Counted from the first letter of the stretch, positions 19,491 through 28,182 are shown. The stretch: DNA of 64,000 nt from Candidatus Stoquefichus sp. (GCA_021768625.1 JAETUM010000004.1:11738-75737); one strand, 5' to 3'. The notes: generated by a model not told the origin, from the letters alone. A program made the numbers and translations.

Positions 19491-20183
19491 TATATATTAT
19501 TTATTTATTTTATGAAGAAAGAGGTCTTAAAACTTATTTGTTTGACCTCTTTATTTAATAAAAACCTGAATGCGTCAGTTAGATAATACAAAATAGAGAT
19601 TGTAAAAATATTTGGAATCCTAGTCTTTTTTTGAACGTTTCATTTTTATGTATATATTTGATGTGGTAATCTTTCAGTTTCCAGGGGATAGTCTTTTTAA
19701 TATTGTTATAAGTAATATGATGTATTCTACCATTATTTGGAGAGGTGTCTAAGGAAATCAAGAAATAAGGGCAAAAGTTTCCTTTGTTTTATGTTTTGCA
19801 TTCTAGAAGTAGTTATAAAGAGGAAGAGTATTAGTAGGAGTAACTAAATCAATCATAAAAATATTGCAAATAGTTATTATATAAAAGGAAAAAAAACAAT
19901 AATCATTAATAATAATTAATCACTCTATGAATGAAATTTATTTTATCTTTTTTTTGTTATAATGATAAAAAGTAATATAATATCATGTTTAAAATAAATT
20001 AAAATCTAAAATTATTTATTTGATGATAATAAAAAATTGATATAAACTATGATGTACAATATAATTATATTATAAAAGGAATTTTAAAGTTTATAATAGT
20101 ATGAAAAATATAATAAGAGGGATAGCATATAAAAGAAAAATGTTAATGATTGCTTAAAGGATCAAGGAAGGGAGAGCACAATT

Positions 20184-20366
20184 ATGGTAAAGAAAATTGT
20201 TTTAAGTGTTATTATTTCTATAATTTCAGTTATAATTATTAATGAATTTATACTTCTTTCAAGATATAGAGAATCATCACTAGTTTTAAGTATCAATATT
20301 GTTACATTGATTGCTGTTATTGTTATAGGTATCTTTATACTTGATAATCTTAAAAAGTTAAAGTAA
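20184..20366 (+). CDS. small hydrophobic peptide (2 TM), unknown function
   Basis: 60 aa, two hydrophobic helices. GGAG 9 nt upstream of the ATG. Isolated in an AT-rich inter-tRNA spacer. Confidence 0.35.
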   Translation: MVKKIVLSVIISIISVIIINEFILLSRYRESSLVLSINIVTLIAVIVIGIFILDNLKKLK

Positions 20367-20627
20367 TTTAAAATTCATAGATATACTATCCATCTTTTAT
20401 AATAATTGTTTTCAAATAATGTAAGGGTAAATAAAAAAATATAAATATTGGTAGGCTTATTTTAGATCCTACTTTTTATAGATAAAAAACTAATTTTTAA
20501 TTGGTACTTTTTTTATTATGACCGTATTAGTCATTATATAAGATGAATAAGAAATTATGATTGTAAAATTATTTTATTTGGTTATTGAAATTGAAAAAAA
20601 TATATGCTATTATATTAGGGCAATGCT

Positions 20628-20718
20628 GGAGACATACTCAAGAGGCTGAAGAGGCGCCCCTGCTAAGGGTGTAGGTCGGGAAACTGGCGCGAGGGTTCAA
20701 ATCCCTCTGTCTCCGCCA
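20628..20718 (+). tRNA. tRNA-Ser (anticodon GCT), type II with long variable arm
   Basis: Acceptor GGAGACA/TGTCTCC. Anticodon stem CGCCC/GGGTG with loop CTGCTAA. Long variable arm (TAGGTCGGGAAACTGGCGC). T arm GAGGG-TTCAAAT-CCCTC. Encoded GCCA end. 91 nt. Confidence 0.9.
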
Positions 20719-20770
20719 ATTTTTCGATTTTTAAAACTATATTTAGAAATTAATAAATGAGCGGATATTG

Positions 20771-20795
20771 AGCGGAGGATTACCTTCGCTTTTTA
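20771..20795 (+). terminator. intrinsic terminator after tRNA-Ser
   Basis: Stem AGCGGAGG / CCTTCGCT (one G-U), loop ATTA, then TTTT. Confidence 0.6.
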
Positions 20796-20824
20796 TATTT
20801 TAGAAAATTAAACACACTTTATGT

Positions 20825-20855
20825 AGTGGATATCACATTGATATCCACTTTTTTG
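20825..20855 (+). terminator. second hairpin/terminator at the left edge of the element
   Basis: 11-bp perfect stem AGTGGATATCA / TGATATCCACT, loop CAT, T6 run. Confidence 0.65.
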
Positions 20856-20878
20856 CGTTTAGAGGAAGAGAGGCAAAT

Positions 20879-21811
20879 ATGCTATCAGATAATCAATATT
20901 TGCATTTTGAAACGATTGATTCGTATGAAGATGCAAAGGAATTTATAAAAGACAAGAATATATATTCCCCACATAAAAATTATGAAAGGGAAATGGAAAA
21001 TATACTGAGCTATAAGAAGACTCACATGAAGAAATATAAAAAAAGAAAGAATGGAAAATCAGCTTATAGAAATATCTTTGCATATTATCTTCAGGTGATG
21101 ATTCCTTATGAAATAGATGAAAAAAACTATCACGAATTTACAAATAGATTCATGATATCTATTTCAAAAAAATTTAAACGATTGTTGTATCTTTATTATT
21201 TCGAAAAGAAAGGTAAAGGGACATATGTCAATATTATGTGTTTTACCAGGTATGCCTATAAGAGAGATCATACCTTTACAAAACTGTATAGAAGAGACTT
21301 TTGTTATAACAAAGATACAAAAAAATTGTGTTCAAAAGATGATCCAAATGCAGTTATTGTACATAAAGCTAAAACACCAGTATTTGATGAGAGTGGTAAG
21401 AAGATAAGAGTAAAACGAAAGGTCCAGATGGTTGAAGAAGAAATATTTAAATATTCTTCTTTCAAAAAATTTGTTCAGAAGCTGAAGGATAAATTGAAGA
21501 AAGTTATCCAGGGTATGACAGTGAATTGGTTTTCTAGAGTAGTTATAGCCAAGATGACTGTTAAGCAAGAAGATACAGATGAAGTAAGATTTACAAAATA
21601 TAAAAGGAACCAATACATTAGCTCCATAAATTCAATAATCCAGGAATACCAGGAGAAACTATTGAGTAAATATTCAAACACAGATCAGATCTATGAGGAT
21701 TTTTTAGAAATGATTAATGAAGTGGATGAAATGGTATATACAAATGCAATTGCATTTAAAAAGATTAAAGATTACATGAATGAATGGTGGTTAAAAGCTG
21801 ATATTGATTAA
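20879..21811 (+). CDS. hypothetical protein, possibly replication/mobilisation-associated
   Basis: 310-aa basic protein, first gene of the element, upstream of a structured non-coding region and parA. No catalytic motif (no HUH or His triad) recognised. Confidence 0.5.
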   Translation: MLSDNQYLHFETIDSYEDAKEFIKDKNIYSPHKNYEREMENILSYKKTHMKKYKKRKNGKSAYRNIFAYYLQVMIPYEIDEKNYHEFTNRFMISISKKFKRLLYLYYFEKKGKGTYVNIMCFTRYAYKRDHTFTKLYRRDFCYNKDTKKLCSKDDPNAVIVHKAKTPVFDESGKKIRVKRKVQMVEEEIFKYSSFKKFVQKLKDKLKKVIQGMTVNWFSRVVIAKMTVKQEDTDEVRFTKYKRNQYISSINSIIQEYQEKLLSKYSNTDQIYEDFLEMINEVDEMVYTNAIAFKKIKDYMNEWWLKADID

Positions 21812-22208
21812 TTTCAGCCTATTTAAGGACATTATAGTTTCTATCTTTTAATAGGCTGAAATAGCCTGAGAACATTGAAAACTGAATAGTATGGTGAGTA
21901 CGAAAACTAACTAATTGGAGCTGGATATACTTATACGCCATGACATTCATCTATATGCAGAAAAATGCACTTAAGTGAGATGAATAGAGCGATCAGAAAA
22001 AAATATAAGATATATCGTTATTCTATCGAAATAATAGCCATGATAATTAGGATAATAATGATACATGCATGACGGTTTCAGCAAAGCTGATGTAATACGT
22101 GGTGACAGCTATAGCATAGCTGAAGCGAACTTTTACAATGGACTGTATACCTTGTAACAGTGCTTTTGGACAGAACGATAAACTGTCGCTCATCATACAT
22201 TATATTTA
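21812..22208 (+). other. ~400-bp ORF-free, hairpin-rich, relatively GC-richer region (candidate origin or ncRNA)
   Basis: No ORF of 60 codons or more on either strand. 11-bp arms TTCAGCCTATT / AATAGGCTGAA (21813-21860), with a competing AGGCT-GAAAT-AGCCT hairpin. Several more 5-8-bp stem-loops. Contains CAATGGAC-TGTATACC at 22136-22151. Confidence 0.4.
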
Positions 22209-22254
22209 TTAAATTACTTATAAATTAAAATGAAACGATTTATAAGTAATTTAA
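22209..22254. promoter_or_regulatory. 16-bp perfect inverted repeat directly upstream of the parA SD (candidate operator)
   Basis: TTAAATTACTTATAAA (22209-22224), 14-nt spacer, TTTATAAGTAATTTAA (22239-22254). The SD GGGGAGG starts 2 nt later. Confidence 0.5.
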
Positions 22255-22270
22255 TGGGGAGGAACAAACT

Positions 22271-23128
22271 ATGGAAGTAATAAGTATAATAAGTGAAAAA
22301 GGTGGTATGGGAAAAACTACCACTTCCGTTAATTTAGGAGTTGGACTTTCAAGAAAAGGAAAAAGAGTATTAATCGTGGATGGAGATCCACAAGGAAATA
22401 GTACAAGCTATTTCTCAAAGGTTTATCATAAGTTAGATTTAAAAGAGTTCAATACATTGTCTATTCCAGATTCACCAACTCCAAGACAAGCAACTACTTT
22501 TTTGAAGAATTACATTAAGGATAGTTCTTCAAATCTTAAAGATATTAATAATGTATTATTAGAAAACAAGGAAGTTATTCATGAATGTATATATTCAACG
22601 GAATATCCTAATGTAGACATTATTCCGTCGTTTGGAACAGAGCTAATTAAAACAGATAAATTAATTGCCTCATCAACAAGATTGGCTCATAAGAAGCTTA
22701 AAAACGCTTTAAGAGAGGTCAGAAAAGAATATGATGTCGTTGTTATAGACAATGCTCCAACATTTAACAATATAACTGTAAATAGCTTATTTGCAAGCAG
22801 TAAGATAATTATTCCATTAAAGCCAGGACTCTTTGAACTGGATGGATTTATCAACACATTAAATGAATTGTATGATTTTGAGGATGATTATGAGTGTAAC
22901 TATGAAATAAAGATTTTGATGAACATGATTCCTAGAGGAAATAGACCAGATTATCAACGTTTTATAGCAAAAATCAAGGAATTGTACCCTGATTATGTTT
23001 TTAATACAACAATAGGCTATCAGGATGCCGTTGCATCACGTAGTAGTATGAAAACTAAGCTATTAATTGATTCAAAATCTAAACTAAGTGAGGATTATCT
23101 CAATTTAATTGAAGAGATTGAGATATAA
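22271..23128 (+). CDS. parA: ParA/Soj-family partition ATPase
   Basis: Deviant Walker A SEKGGMGKTTT at residues 9-19, DGDPQGN, and a VVIDNAP Walker B-like motif. Confidence 0.85.
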   Translation: MEVISIISEKGGMGKTTTSVNLGVGLSRKGKRVLIVDGDPQGNSTSYFSKVYHKLDLKEFNTLSIPDSPTPRQATTFLKNYIKDSSSNLKDINNVLLENKEVIHECIYSTEYPNVDIIPSFGTELIKTDKLIASSTRLAHKKLKNALREVRKEYDVVVIDNAPTFNNITVNSLFASSKIIIPLKPGLFELDGFINTLNELYDFEDDYECNYEIKILMNMIPRGNRPDYQRFIAKIKELYPDYVFNTTIGYQDAVASRSSMKTKLLIDSKSKLSEDYLNLIEEIEI

Positions 23129-23283
23129 AAAACATTAAAGAAAGTCTTTAATGTCAATTTAAAATCAAATCAATTACATCCTTACTAAAAACATTAAAGG
23201 TCTCCTTTAATGTCAATTTAAAATCAAATCAATTACATCCTTACTAAAAACATTAAAGGTCTCCTTTAATGTCAATTTAAAAT
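23129..23283. repeat. 2.5 tandem copies of a 59-bp repeat, each with an internal 8-9-bp inverted repeat
   Basis: CATTAAAG begins at 23133, 23192 and 23251 (period 59). Unit core CATTAAAGG-TCT-CCTTTAATG, followed by TCAATTTAAAATCAAATCAATTACATCCTTACTAAAAA. Lies between parA and the parB-like gene. Confidence 0.85.
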
Positions 23284-23321
23284 AAAGATTAGCAATTAAT
23301 AAGAAAAGAGGTAGATAAGCT

Positions 23322-24008
23322 ATGCTTAAAGAAATAATAAAGCAAGAGAGAAAGATGAATACTAGACCAGTATATAAGACGATTGATATTGATGATATCA
23401 TTGCCAATGAATTAAATAATAAAAATCGAATAAGAAATATTGATTATTTAAAAGAAAATATAAAGTGTTGTGGACTTTTAAAACCATTAGAAGTATATGA
23501 TAACTATGATGGAACTTTCACTTTGATTGGTGGAGAAAGACGTTACACAGCATTAAGAAGTTTAGTGGATGAAGATGAATATGATCCAGAAATTCCTTGT
23601 TTGGTTCATGGTGTTAAAGATAAAGCTGAAGAACTGATAAAATTACATATGTCAAATGCTCAGGAGGAAATGAGTGAGGAAGATAAAATAATCATTACAA
23701 AAGATTTGATAAATGTATTGAAAACAAAACCAGAGTTAAAACCTTCAGGAACTGATCTAAGAGATTGGATAGCTACCTTTCTAGGTTGCAAAGGAAGAAC
23801 AGCACAAAAATATATTAACATTGTTAAAGGTGTGGAGCCAAAGAAAAAAGAAAAGGATACAACAGATTATAGTTATGCTACAACGTTATTAAGAGATAGA
23901 CTTAGAACTAAAGTTAAAATCAACAATGGCAAAGTTGCCATCTATTTCAATAACATTGATGATTTAAATAATATACTTAATGAAATGGGTATGATGGAAG
24001 ATGTTTAA
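23322..24008 (+). CDS. parB: ParB/KorB/Spo0J-like protein (ParB N-terminal domain)
   Basis: LKPLEVYD...FTLIGGERRYTALRSL matches the ParB GERR (CTP-binding) box. C-terminal ...NNGKVAIYFNNIDDLNNILNEMG resembles Spo0J/Noc C-termini. An alternative start at M12 (23355) is possible. Confidence 0.75.
   Translation: MLKEIIKQERKMNTRPVYKTIDIDDIIANELNNKNRIRNIDYLKENIKCCGLLKPLEVYDNYDGTFTLIGGERRYTALRSLVDEDEYDPEIPCLVHGVKDKAEELIKLHMSNAQEEMSEEDKIIITKDLINVLKTKPELKPSGTDLRDWIATFLGCKGRTAQKYINIVKGVEPKKKEKDTTDYSYATTLLRDRLRTKVKINNGKVAIYFNNIDDLNNILNEMGMMEDV
23926..23941. repeat. element palindrome copy (ATGGCAAAGTTGCCAT) inside the parB-like CDS
   Basis: Perfect 7+2+7 palindrome encoding NGKVAI near the 3' end of the parB-like gene. 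Confidence 0.9.
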
Positions 24009-24029
24009 TAAATAAAATGTGAAAGTAAA

Positions 24030-24215
24030 ATGAAAGAAATCAAAAAGGAAATATCGAAAATGAAAAAAATGAAAATATATGGGACTTATAAAAACAAAAA
24101 AGTAAGTAGAAATGTTTATAGTAAGGTTCAAGCGTATGCGACCATTAATCAAATGATCCAAGATGGTGTTACAGATATAAGTTGTAACTTTGATGAATTG
24201 GAGAAGTTATCATAA
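24030..24215 (+). CDS. small basic hypothetical protein
   Basis: 61-aa ORF directly downstream of parB. No motif recognised. Confidence 0.4.
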   Translation: MKEIKKEISKMKKMKIYGTYKNKKVSRNVYSKVQAYATINQMIQDGVTDISCNFDELEKLS

Positions 24216-24350
24216 GCTTAAAGAGGAGTGGGAAGCCGAACCTAACAAATTATATTATGTTTTAAAGATATTGAATATTTTAGGGGTTAAAAATATTGTA
24301 CTAGGTACGTATTAATTAAGCTATTCTTATAAGAAAGGAGTATGCAAAGT

Positions 24351-24452
24351 ATGAGTTATTTAAATGCTATTAATAAAATAATAAGATATGAATGCGGATG
24401 CCCTAAATGTGGATATAAATTTATAATTGATGAAGTGGATTGGGAGGGATGA
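24351..24452 (+). CDS. 33-aa zinc-ribbon-like micro-protein
   Basis: AAAGGAG SD 10 nt upstream. Sequence MSYLNAINKIIRYECGCPKCGYKFIIDEVDWEG (CxC-x2-C). Below the ORF-track length cutoff. Confidence 0.35.
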   Translation: MSYLNAINKIIRYECGCPKCGYKFIIDEVDWEG

Positions 24453-24455
24453 AGA

Positions 24456-24701
24456 ATGACAGAAGAAGCAAAAATGCAGTATATGGCAAATGGAATTATA
24501 TTAGCATGTGAGATATTAATAATGAACTCGTTTTATGCTGATAGCTATAAAACTATTAATAATGTGTCTAAAATAATTAGTGAATCAGACGTAACAAAGG
24601 AAGAGTGGAATAATTGTGAGGATGATTTTGCAAAAGAAAAAATTATTGAATTGTTTGAAAATGAAGAAGAATTTTATCAGAAGGTTGGTTGGATTAAATG
24701 A
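24456..24701 (+). CDS. hypothetical acidic protein
   Basis: 81-aa ORF with GGGAGGG SD. No motif recognised. Confidence 0.5.
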   Translation: MTEEAKMQYMANGIILACEILIMNSFYADSYKTINNVSKIISESDVTKEEWNNCEDDFAKEKIIELFENEEEFYQKVGWIK

Positions 24702-24799
24702 GTTTAGAAAGGAATATGATATTAAAAATATCAGTTAATGAACATGGGAACTTAGAGGGTGAAACTATTGCAGTAAAAAATATGGAACCAAAATTATAA
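24698..24799 (+). CDS. 33-aa hypothetical protein, translationally coupled
   Basis: ATGA start/stop overlap with the upstream gene. MSLERNMILKISVNEHGNLEGETIAVKNMEPKL. Confidence 0.3.
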   Translation: MSLERNMILKISVNEHGNLEGETIAVKNMEPKL

Positions 24800-24802
24800 A
24801 TA

Positions 24803-24865
24803 GGCTGCCGTTCCATTCAATGGACAAATACACAAAAAGGCAAACTTGCCGACGGTATCCTTCCC
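24803..24865 (+). promoter_or_regulatory. conserved ~60-nt leader motif, copy A (upstream of the SSB operon)
   Basis: GCTGCCGTTCCATTCAATGGACAAATACACAAAAAGGCAAACTTGCCGACGGTATCCTTCCC. Shares the blocks CCGTT, CAATGGACAA, ACAAAAAGG, CCGACGG and TAYCCYTT with copy B. Outer helix TGCCGT/ACGGTA. Inner hairpin GGCAA-AC-TTGCC (24839-24850) is a core copy of the element palindrome. Confidence 0.5.
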
Positions 24866-24890
24866 AATTTTATTTAGGAGGTGTAATCAA

Positions 24891-25562
24891 GTGTATGTGA
24901 TAGAGATTGATGGACATAAATTCAAAGAATATGATGCAGCTAAAGAATATTATCTATATATCATACATAAAAATAAATCTATGCATTTTAAACTTTATCG
25001 TAAAGATGAAGTAATCATAGATGAAGAATTTGCTTTAGAAGAAAGCAATCATAACTTTTTTGGTTTTGTATTTACAGCAATTCAAAAAAATATTTTCAAA
25101 AAAATTCTAGGTGGAAAAGACTCCTATGAGGATAGTGAAAAACTTACAGAACTTGAAAAAATGTATGTTCATTATTTTCAAATAAAAAATGATATAAATG
25201 ATTTAAGTATAGATTATAGCAGTAATGAAGATTACATTAACTACATATCACAAGATGAAATTAATATCATGGCTGATATGTGTGCATTATATGATATTGA
25301 AAATGGAGAACTAAAAAATAAAGATGAATTAGCGTTGGAATATATGGCTATTCCTGTAGAAGAACTAGTGTTTCAGTTTGAACAAAAATATGGTTATGAT
25401 TATCATGTACAATATTATAATGATTTGTCAAAAAGTGATAATAACTTAAAACATATATTGGATAAACATATAAAACATTATTTAGCTGTTAAAAATGATT
25501 TAAATATTTCAAAGGAAAATAAAAATACGCTTATTTTAGAGAGGAAAAAGAAAAATGTTTGA
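24891..25562 (+). CDS. hypothetical protein
   Basis: Start moved to GTG 24891 with AGGAGG 9 nt upstream; the track TTG start at 24846 lies inside leader motif A. Overlaps the SSB start by 8 nt. Confidence 0.55.
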   Translation: MYVIEIDGHKFKEYDAAKEYYLYIIHKNKSMHFKLYRKDEVIIDEEFALEESNHNFFGFVFTAIQKNIFKKILGGKDSYEDSEKLTELEKMYVHYFQIKNDINDLSIDYSSNEDYINYISQDEINIMADMCALYDIENGELKNKDELALEYMAIPVEELVFQFEQKYGYDYHVQYYNDLSKSDNNLKHILDKHIKHYLAVKNDLNISKENKNTLILERKKKNV

Positions 25563-25905
25563 TGTAGTAGTAAGTGGGAAGTTAACAAAAGATCCAGAGA
25601 TCAAGGAATTAGAAAATGGTACAGTTATTTGTAATTTTGTCATATCAAATTATGACTATCATAGGGAGAAAACAAATTTTGTTAGATGTACAGCATATGG
25701 TAAAATTGCTGAAAACTTAAAAAAGAACAAGGGTAAAGGAGATACCTTAGTTGTATCTGGTAAAGGAAGATTAGAAGAGGAGGAATATAAAGAAAAAAGA
25801 ATATATTACTTTAGTGTGACGGTCAATGAAATTGTCTATTTAAAATCATCTCAAGAAAAGAAAGATGATTTAAATGATCAATTTGAAGAAGTTAATGAAA
25901 TATAG
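25555..25905 (+). CDS. ssb: single-stranded DNA-binding protein (OB fold, short plasmid-type SSB)
   Basis: MFDVVVSGKLTKDPEIKELENGTVICNFVI...FVRCTAYGKIAENLKKNKGKGDTLVVSGKGRLEEEEY follows the SSB OB-fold pattern and has an acidic C-terminal tail. Confidence 0.75.
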   Translation: MFDVVVSGKLTKDPEIKELENGTVICNFVISNYDYHREKTNFVRCTAYGKIAENLKKNKGKGDTLVVSGKGRLEEEEYKEKRIYYFSVTVNEIVYLKSSQEKKDDLNDQFEEVNEI

Positions 25906-25906
25906 T

Positions 25907-25934
25907 TTGAAAAATGCTTGAAAAAATATATAAT
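25907..25934 (+). promoter_or_regulatory. sigma-A-type promoter
   Basis: TTGAAA (25907-25912), 16-nt spacer, TATAAT (25929-25934), about 60 nt upstream of ATG 25994. Confidence 0.4.
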
Positions 25935-25993
25935 AGTCTTAAGAAGTAATAAAGAAGATTAATTATTTTTTAACAGTGAGGAAGGTGTAAGTC

Positions 25994-26203
25994 ATGGAAG
26001 ATAATTTTGATATTTCAAAATATCTTGGTAACAACAAGATTTATTCTAAAGACCATCCTAAAAAGTATAACGAGGATGAAGATATTTATGGACCAGCATT
26101 AGTTCCTGAAGATGTTTTATCAGGACAAAGAGAATGGAAATTAACAGGTGATATTAATGATCCTAGAAACAAAGAAGGTATTTTTTATTTAGAAGAGGAG
26201 TAA
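25994..26203 (+). CDS. hypothetical protein
   Basis: 69-aa ORF with GAGGAAGG SD. No motif recognised. Confidence 0.5.
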   Translation: MEDNFDISKYLGNNKIYSKDHPKKYNEDEDIYGPALVPEDVLSGQREWKLTGDINDPRNKEGIFYLEEE

Positions 26204-26215
26204 TTCCTCTTTTTA
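26194..26215 (+). terminator. hairpin plus T-run overlapping the stop codon
   Basis: Stem AGAGGA / TCCTCT, 5-nt loop containing the TAA stop, then TTTTT. Confidence 0.45.
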
Positions 26216-26236
26216 TTATGTGGAGGAGTTTTTATA

Positions 26237-26674
26237 ATGTGTAAAATAGGAGATATTATATTAATTGAAAAATTTAAAAATGAGCATGGAAAGGATGTAG
26301 GAATGCATCCTTTTATTGTTTTGAGTACAAAGAAGGGTGTTATTGAGTCAATGCCTTTAGATATGATAGCAGTATTATTGAGTTCAATAAAAGATGAAAA
26401 GAACAGAAAAAGGAACTTATCATATGAAGTTAATTATGAAGTGAAAAAAGAAGCTGGCTTAAAAAAGGATAGTTTTGTAAAAGGAAATCAAGTATATTGT
26501 TTTGATAGTAATAAAAGCGATTATAGACGAGTAGGTAGTATTGATGTGGATATATTCATGGAAATAAGAGAACATGTAAAAATGATGTTATTACAAGGTA
26601 AAGCTCAAATTATTACAACAAATCTAGAATTGGAAGATGATTCCAAAGAATTAGAAAATGAAATGAGTTTATAG
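26237..26674 (+). CDS. PemK/MazF-fold (SH3-like barrel) toxin-like protein
   Basis: MCKIGDIILIEKF...G.HPFIVLS...IAVLLSS...GLKKDSFVKGNQVYCFD...RVGSIDVDIF parallels the MazF pattern GD(I/V)..V.F....G.E....RP.(L/V)VLS...(I/V)..P(I/L)(T/S)S...S.V...Q(I/V).T(I/V)D. The 40-aa acidic C-terminal tail is atypical. Confidence 0.5.
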   Translation: MCKIGDIILIEKFKNEHGKDVGMHPFIVLSTKKGVIESMPLDMIAVLLSSIKDEKNRKRNLSYEVNYEVKKEAGLKKDSFVKGNQVYCFDSNKSDYRRVGSIDVDIFMEIREHVKMMLLQGKAQIITTNLELEDDSKELENEMSL

Positions 26675-26675
26675 G

Positions 26676-26691
26676 ATGGCAAACTTGCCAT
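26676..26691. repeat. element palindrome copy (ATGGCAAACTTGCCAT)
   Basis: Perfect palindrome 2 nt after the stop at 26674, ending 28 nt upstream of GTG 26720. Confidence 0.9.
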
Positions 26692-26719
26692 TTATTTTAA
26701 AATAAGGAGATGATTTATT

Positions 26720-27214
26720 GTGGATGATATACGAAAGAAGGTTGAACAAAGAGCGTGGAAAGAAGGCGAAACAGTTTATCAAGTTGTAGGAGAAATGCTT
26801 GATGATTTATCTACGGAAGATTTATTAAAACACTATATTAATGAATATGGCGAATCAGGTATTAGAGAATATATTATTGAACAACTCACTATGGGTGAAA
26901 TAAATTCGTTGAAGCAAAATGAAAAAAAACAAATCCTTCAATATACTTTAGACAATCTTTTAGCTGTACCAGATTTATTTGATAATGAACATATATATGA
27001 ACTTTCTACTGAAGATATAAACAAATTTGTAAGTTTATGGACTGAAAAAAGAGATCTACCACATGTTCTTTTATTAAGTGATTGCGTTGCTTTTGATAAT
27101 ACTGATGGGAATTGTTGGGGAGAAAATTTTGAGACTAGGGAACAAGCTATTTCATATTTGCATGGTGAATCTTATGAAGAAATAATGGGATTAGAGGATG
27201 AGTTAGGAATATAA
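26720..27214 (+). CDS. acidic hypothetical protein
   Basis: 164 aa, strongly acidic (D/E-rich). AAGGAG SD. GTG start. No motif recognised. Confidence 0.55.
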   Translation: MDDIRKKVEQRAWKEGETVYQVVGEMLDDLSTEDLLKHYINEYGESGIREYIIEQLTMGEINSLKQNEKKQILQYTLDNLLAVPDLFDNEHIYELSTEDINKFVSLWTEKRDLPHVLLLSDCVAFDNTDGNCWGENFETREQAISYLHGESYEEIMGLEDELGI

Positions 27215-27216
27215 AA

Positions 27217-28182
27217 ATGGGAAACACTTTAACAAAAGAAGAAATATCAGAACGTAGAAAAAAAGTAGCAGCATATCCTATATCTACATTAGCATGTGAC
27301 TTGGGATATTCTTTAAAACCTGCAGGTAAAAATTATATTACTCTTAAAGAACATGATTCGGTTATGATAAAAAAGAGTGATAATACATATCGTCGTTTTA
27401 GTGATGGATCCTGGGGAGATACCCTTTCTTTTTTGATGTGCTTTGGAGAAGAGGCAACAAATAACAAGAAATTTAAAAGTATTAGTTATTCCTTGTTTTA
27501 TCTAGAAAAGAAATTGGGTAAATCAAACAATAATGTTTTTAAACCCCCTGTTAAAAGTCAGCAGCTAAAATCAAAGAAACTTATTTTACCTAAAGCTGAT
27601 GAGGATAATAATCAAGTTATTGATTATCTTACTGAAAGAGGAATATCTAAAAACATAATTGATATGTTTATTGAAAAAAAGCTTCTGTATCAAGAGAAGG
27701 ATTGGAAAAAGAATTGTATATTTGTTTCTTATGAAAATGATAAACCAGTATTTGCGATGAGAAGATCTAGCAATTTTAAATATAAATTTGTACAAGATAT
27801 TGAAGGGTCTGATTATAGTCGAGGTTTTTTTATAAATAACAATAGTGATACTTTAGTTGTAACTGAAGCGTGCATTGAAACTATGTCATTGATGACTTTA
27901 AAAGAAAGTGATTTTGGAGAGTTTAACAGATCATCTTTTTTCTGTATGAACAGTATATATAAAAGTGATGGGCTTATTAATACATTAAAATCTTATAAAA
28001 AAATAAATCTTGTTATTTTAGCTTTAAATAATGATGAGATGGGAAGAAAGGCTACAGAAAGAATAAAGCAACTTATTCATGAAAAGGTAAAAAATATAAC
28101 GGTTTGGATTAAACTTCCAAAAGAAGAAGGATTTGATTGGAATGACACACTATGTAAATTAAAGAAGGAGATAAAAGTATGA
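27217..28182 (+). CDS. DUF3991 + Toprim domain protein (conjugative primase/topoisomerase-like)
   Basis: N-terminal ...GKNYITLKEHDSVMIKKSDNTYRRFSDGSWGDTLSFLM matches the DUF3991 pattern. The Toprim acidic residues are in VVTEACIETMSL and ALNNDEMGRKA. Confidence 0.7.
   Translation: MGNTLTKEEISERRKKVAAYPISTLACDLGYSLKPAGKNYITLKEHDSVMIKKSDNTYRRFSDGSWGDTLSFLMCFGEEATNNKKFKSISYSLFYLEKKLGKSNNNVFKPPVKSQQLKSKKLILPKADEDNNQVIDYLTERGISKNIIDMFIEKKLLYQEKDWKKNCIFVSYENDKPVFAMRRSSNFKYKFVQDIEGSDYSRGFFINNNSDTLVVTEACIETMSLMTLKESDFGEFNRSSFFCMNSIYKSDGLINTLKSYKKINLVILALNNDEMGRKATERIKQLIHEKVKNITVWIKLPKEEGFDWNDTLCKLKKEIKV

Noticed and set aside
21742-21757. A perfect 16-bp palindrome AAATGCAATTGCATTT inside ORF 20879 might be a further member of the palindrome family.
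   Set aside because: The half-site is TGCAA rather than TGGCAA and there is no central 2-nt spacer, so the geometry differs. It is kept as unrelated or at best a degenerate relative.
23213-23407. 64-aa minus-strand ORF between parA and parB.
   Set aside because: It overlaps the 59-bp tandem repeats and the parB-like start. It has no SD and runs against the uniformly plus-strand organisation.
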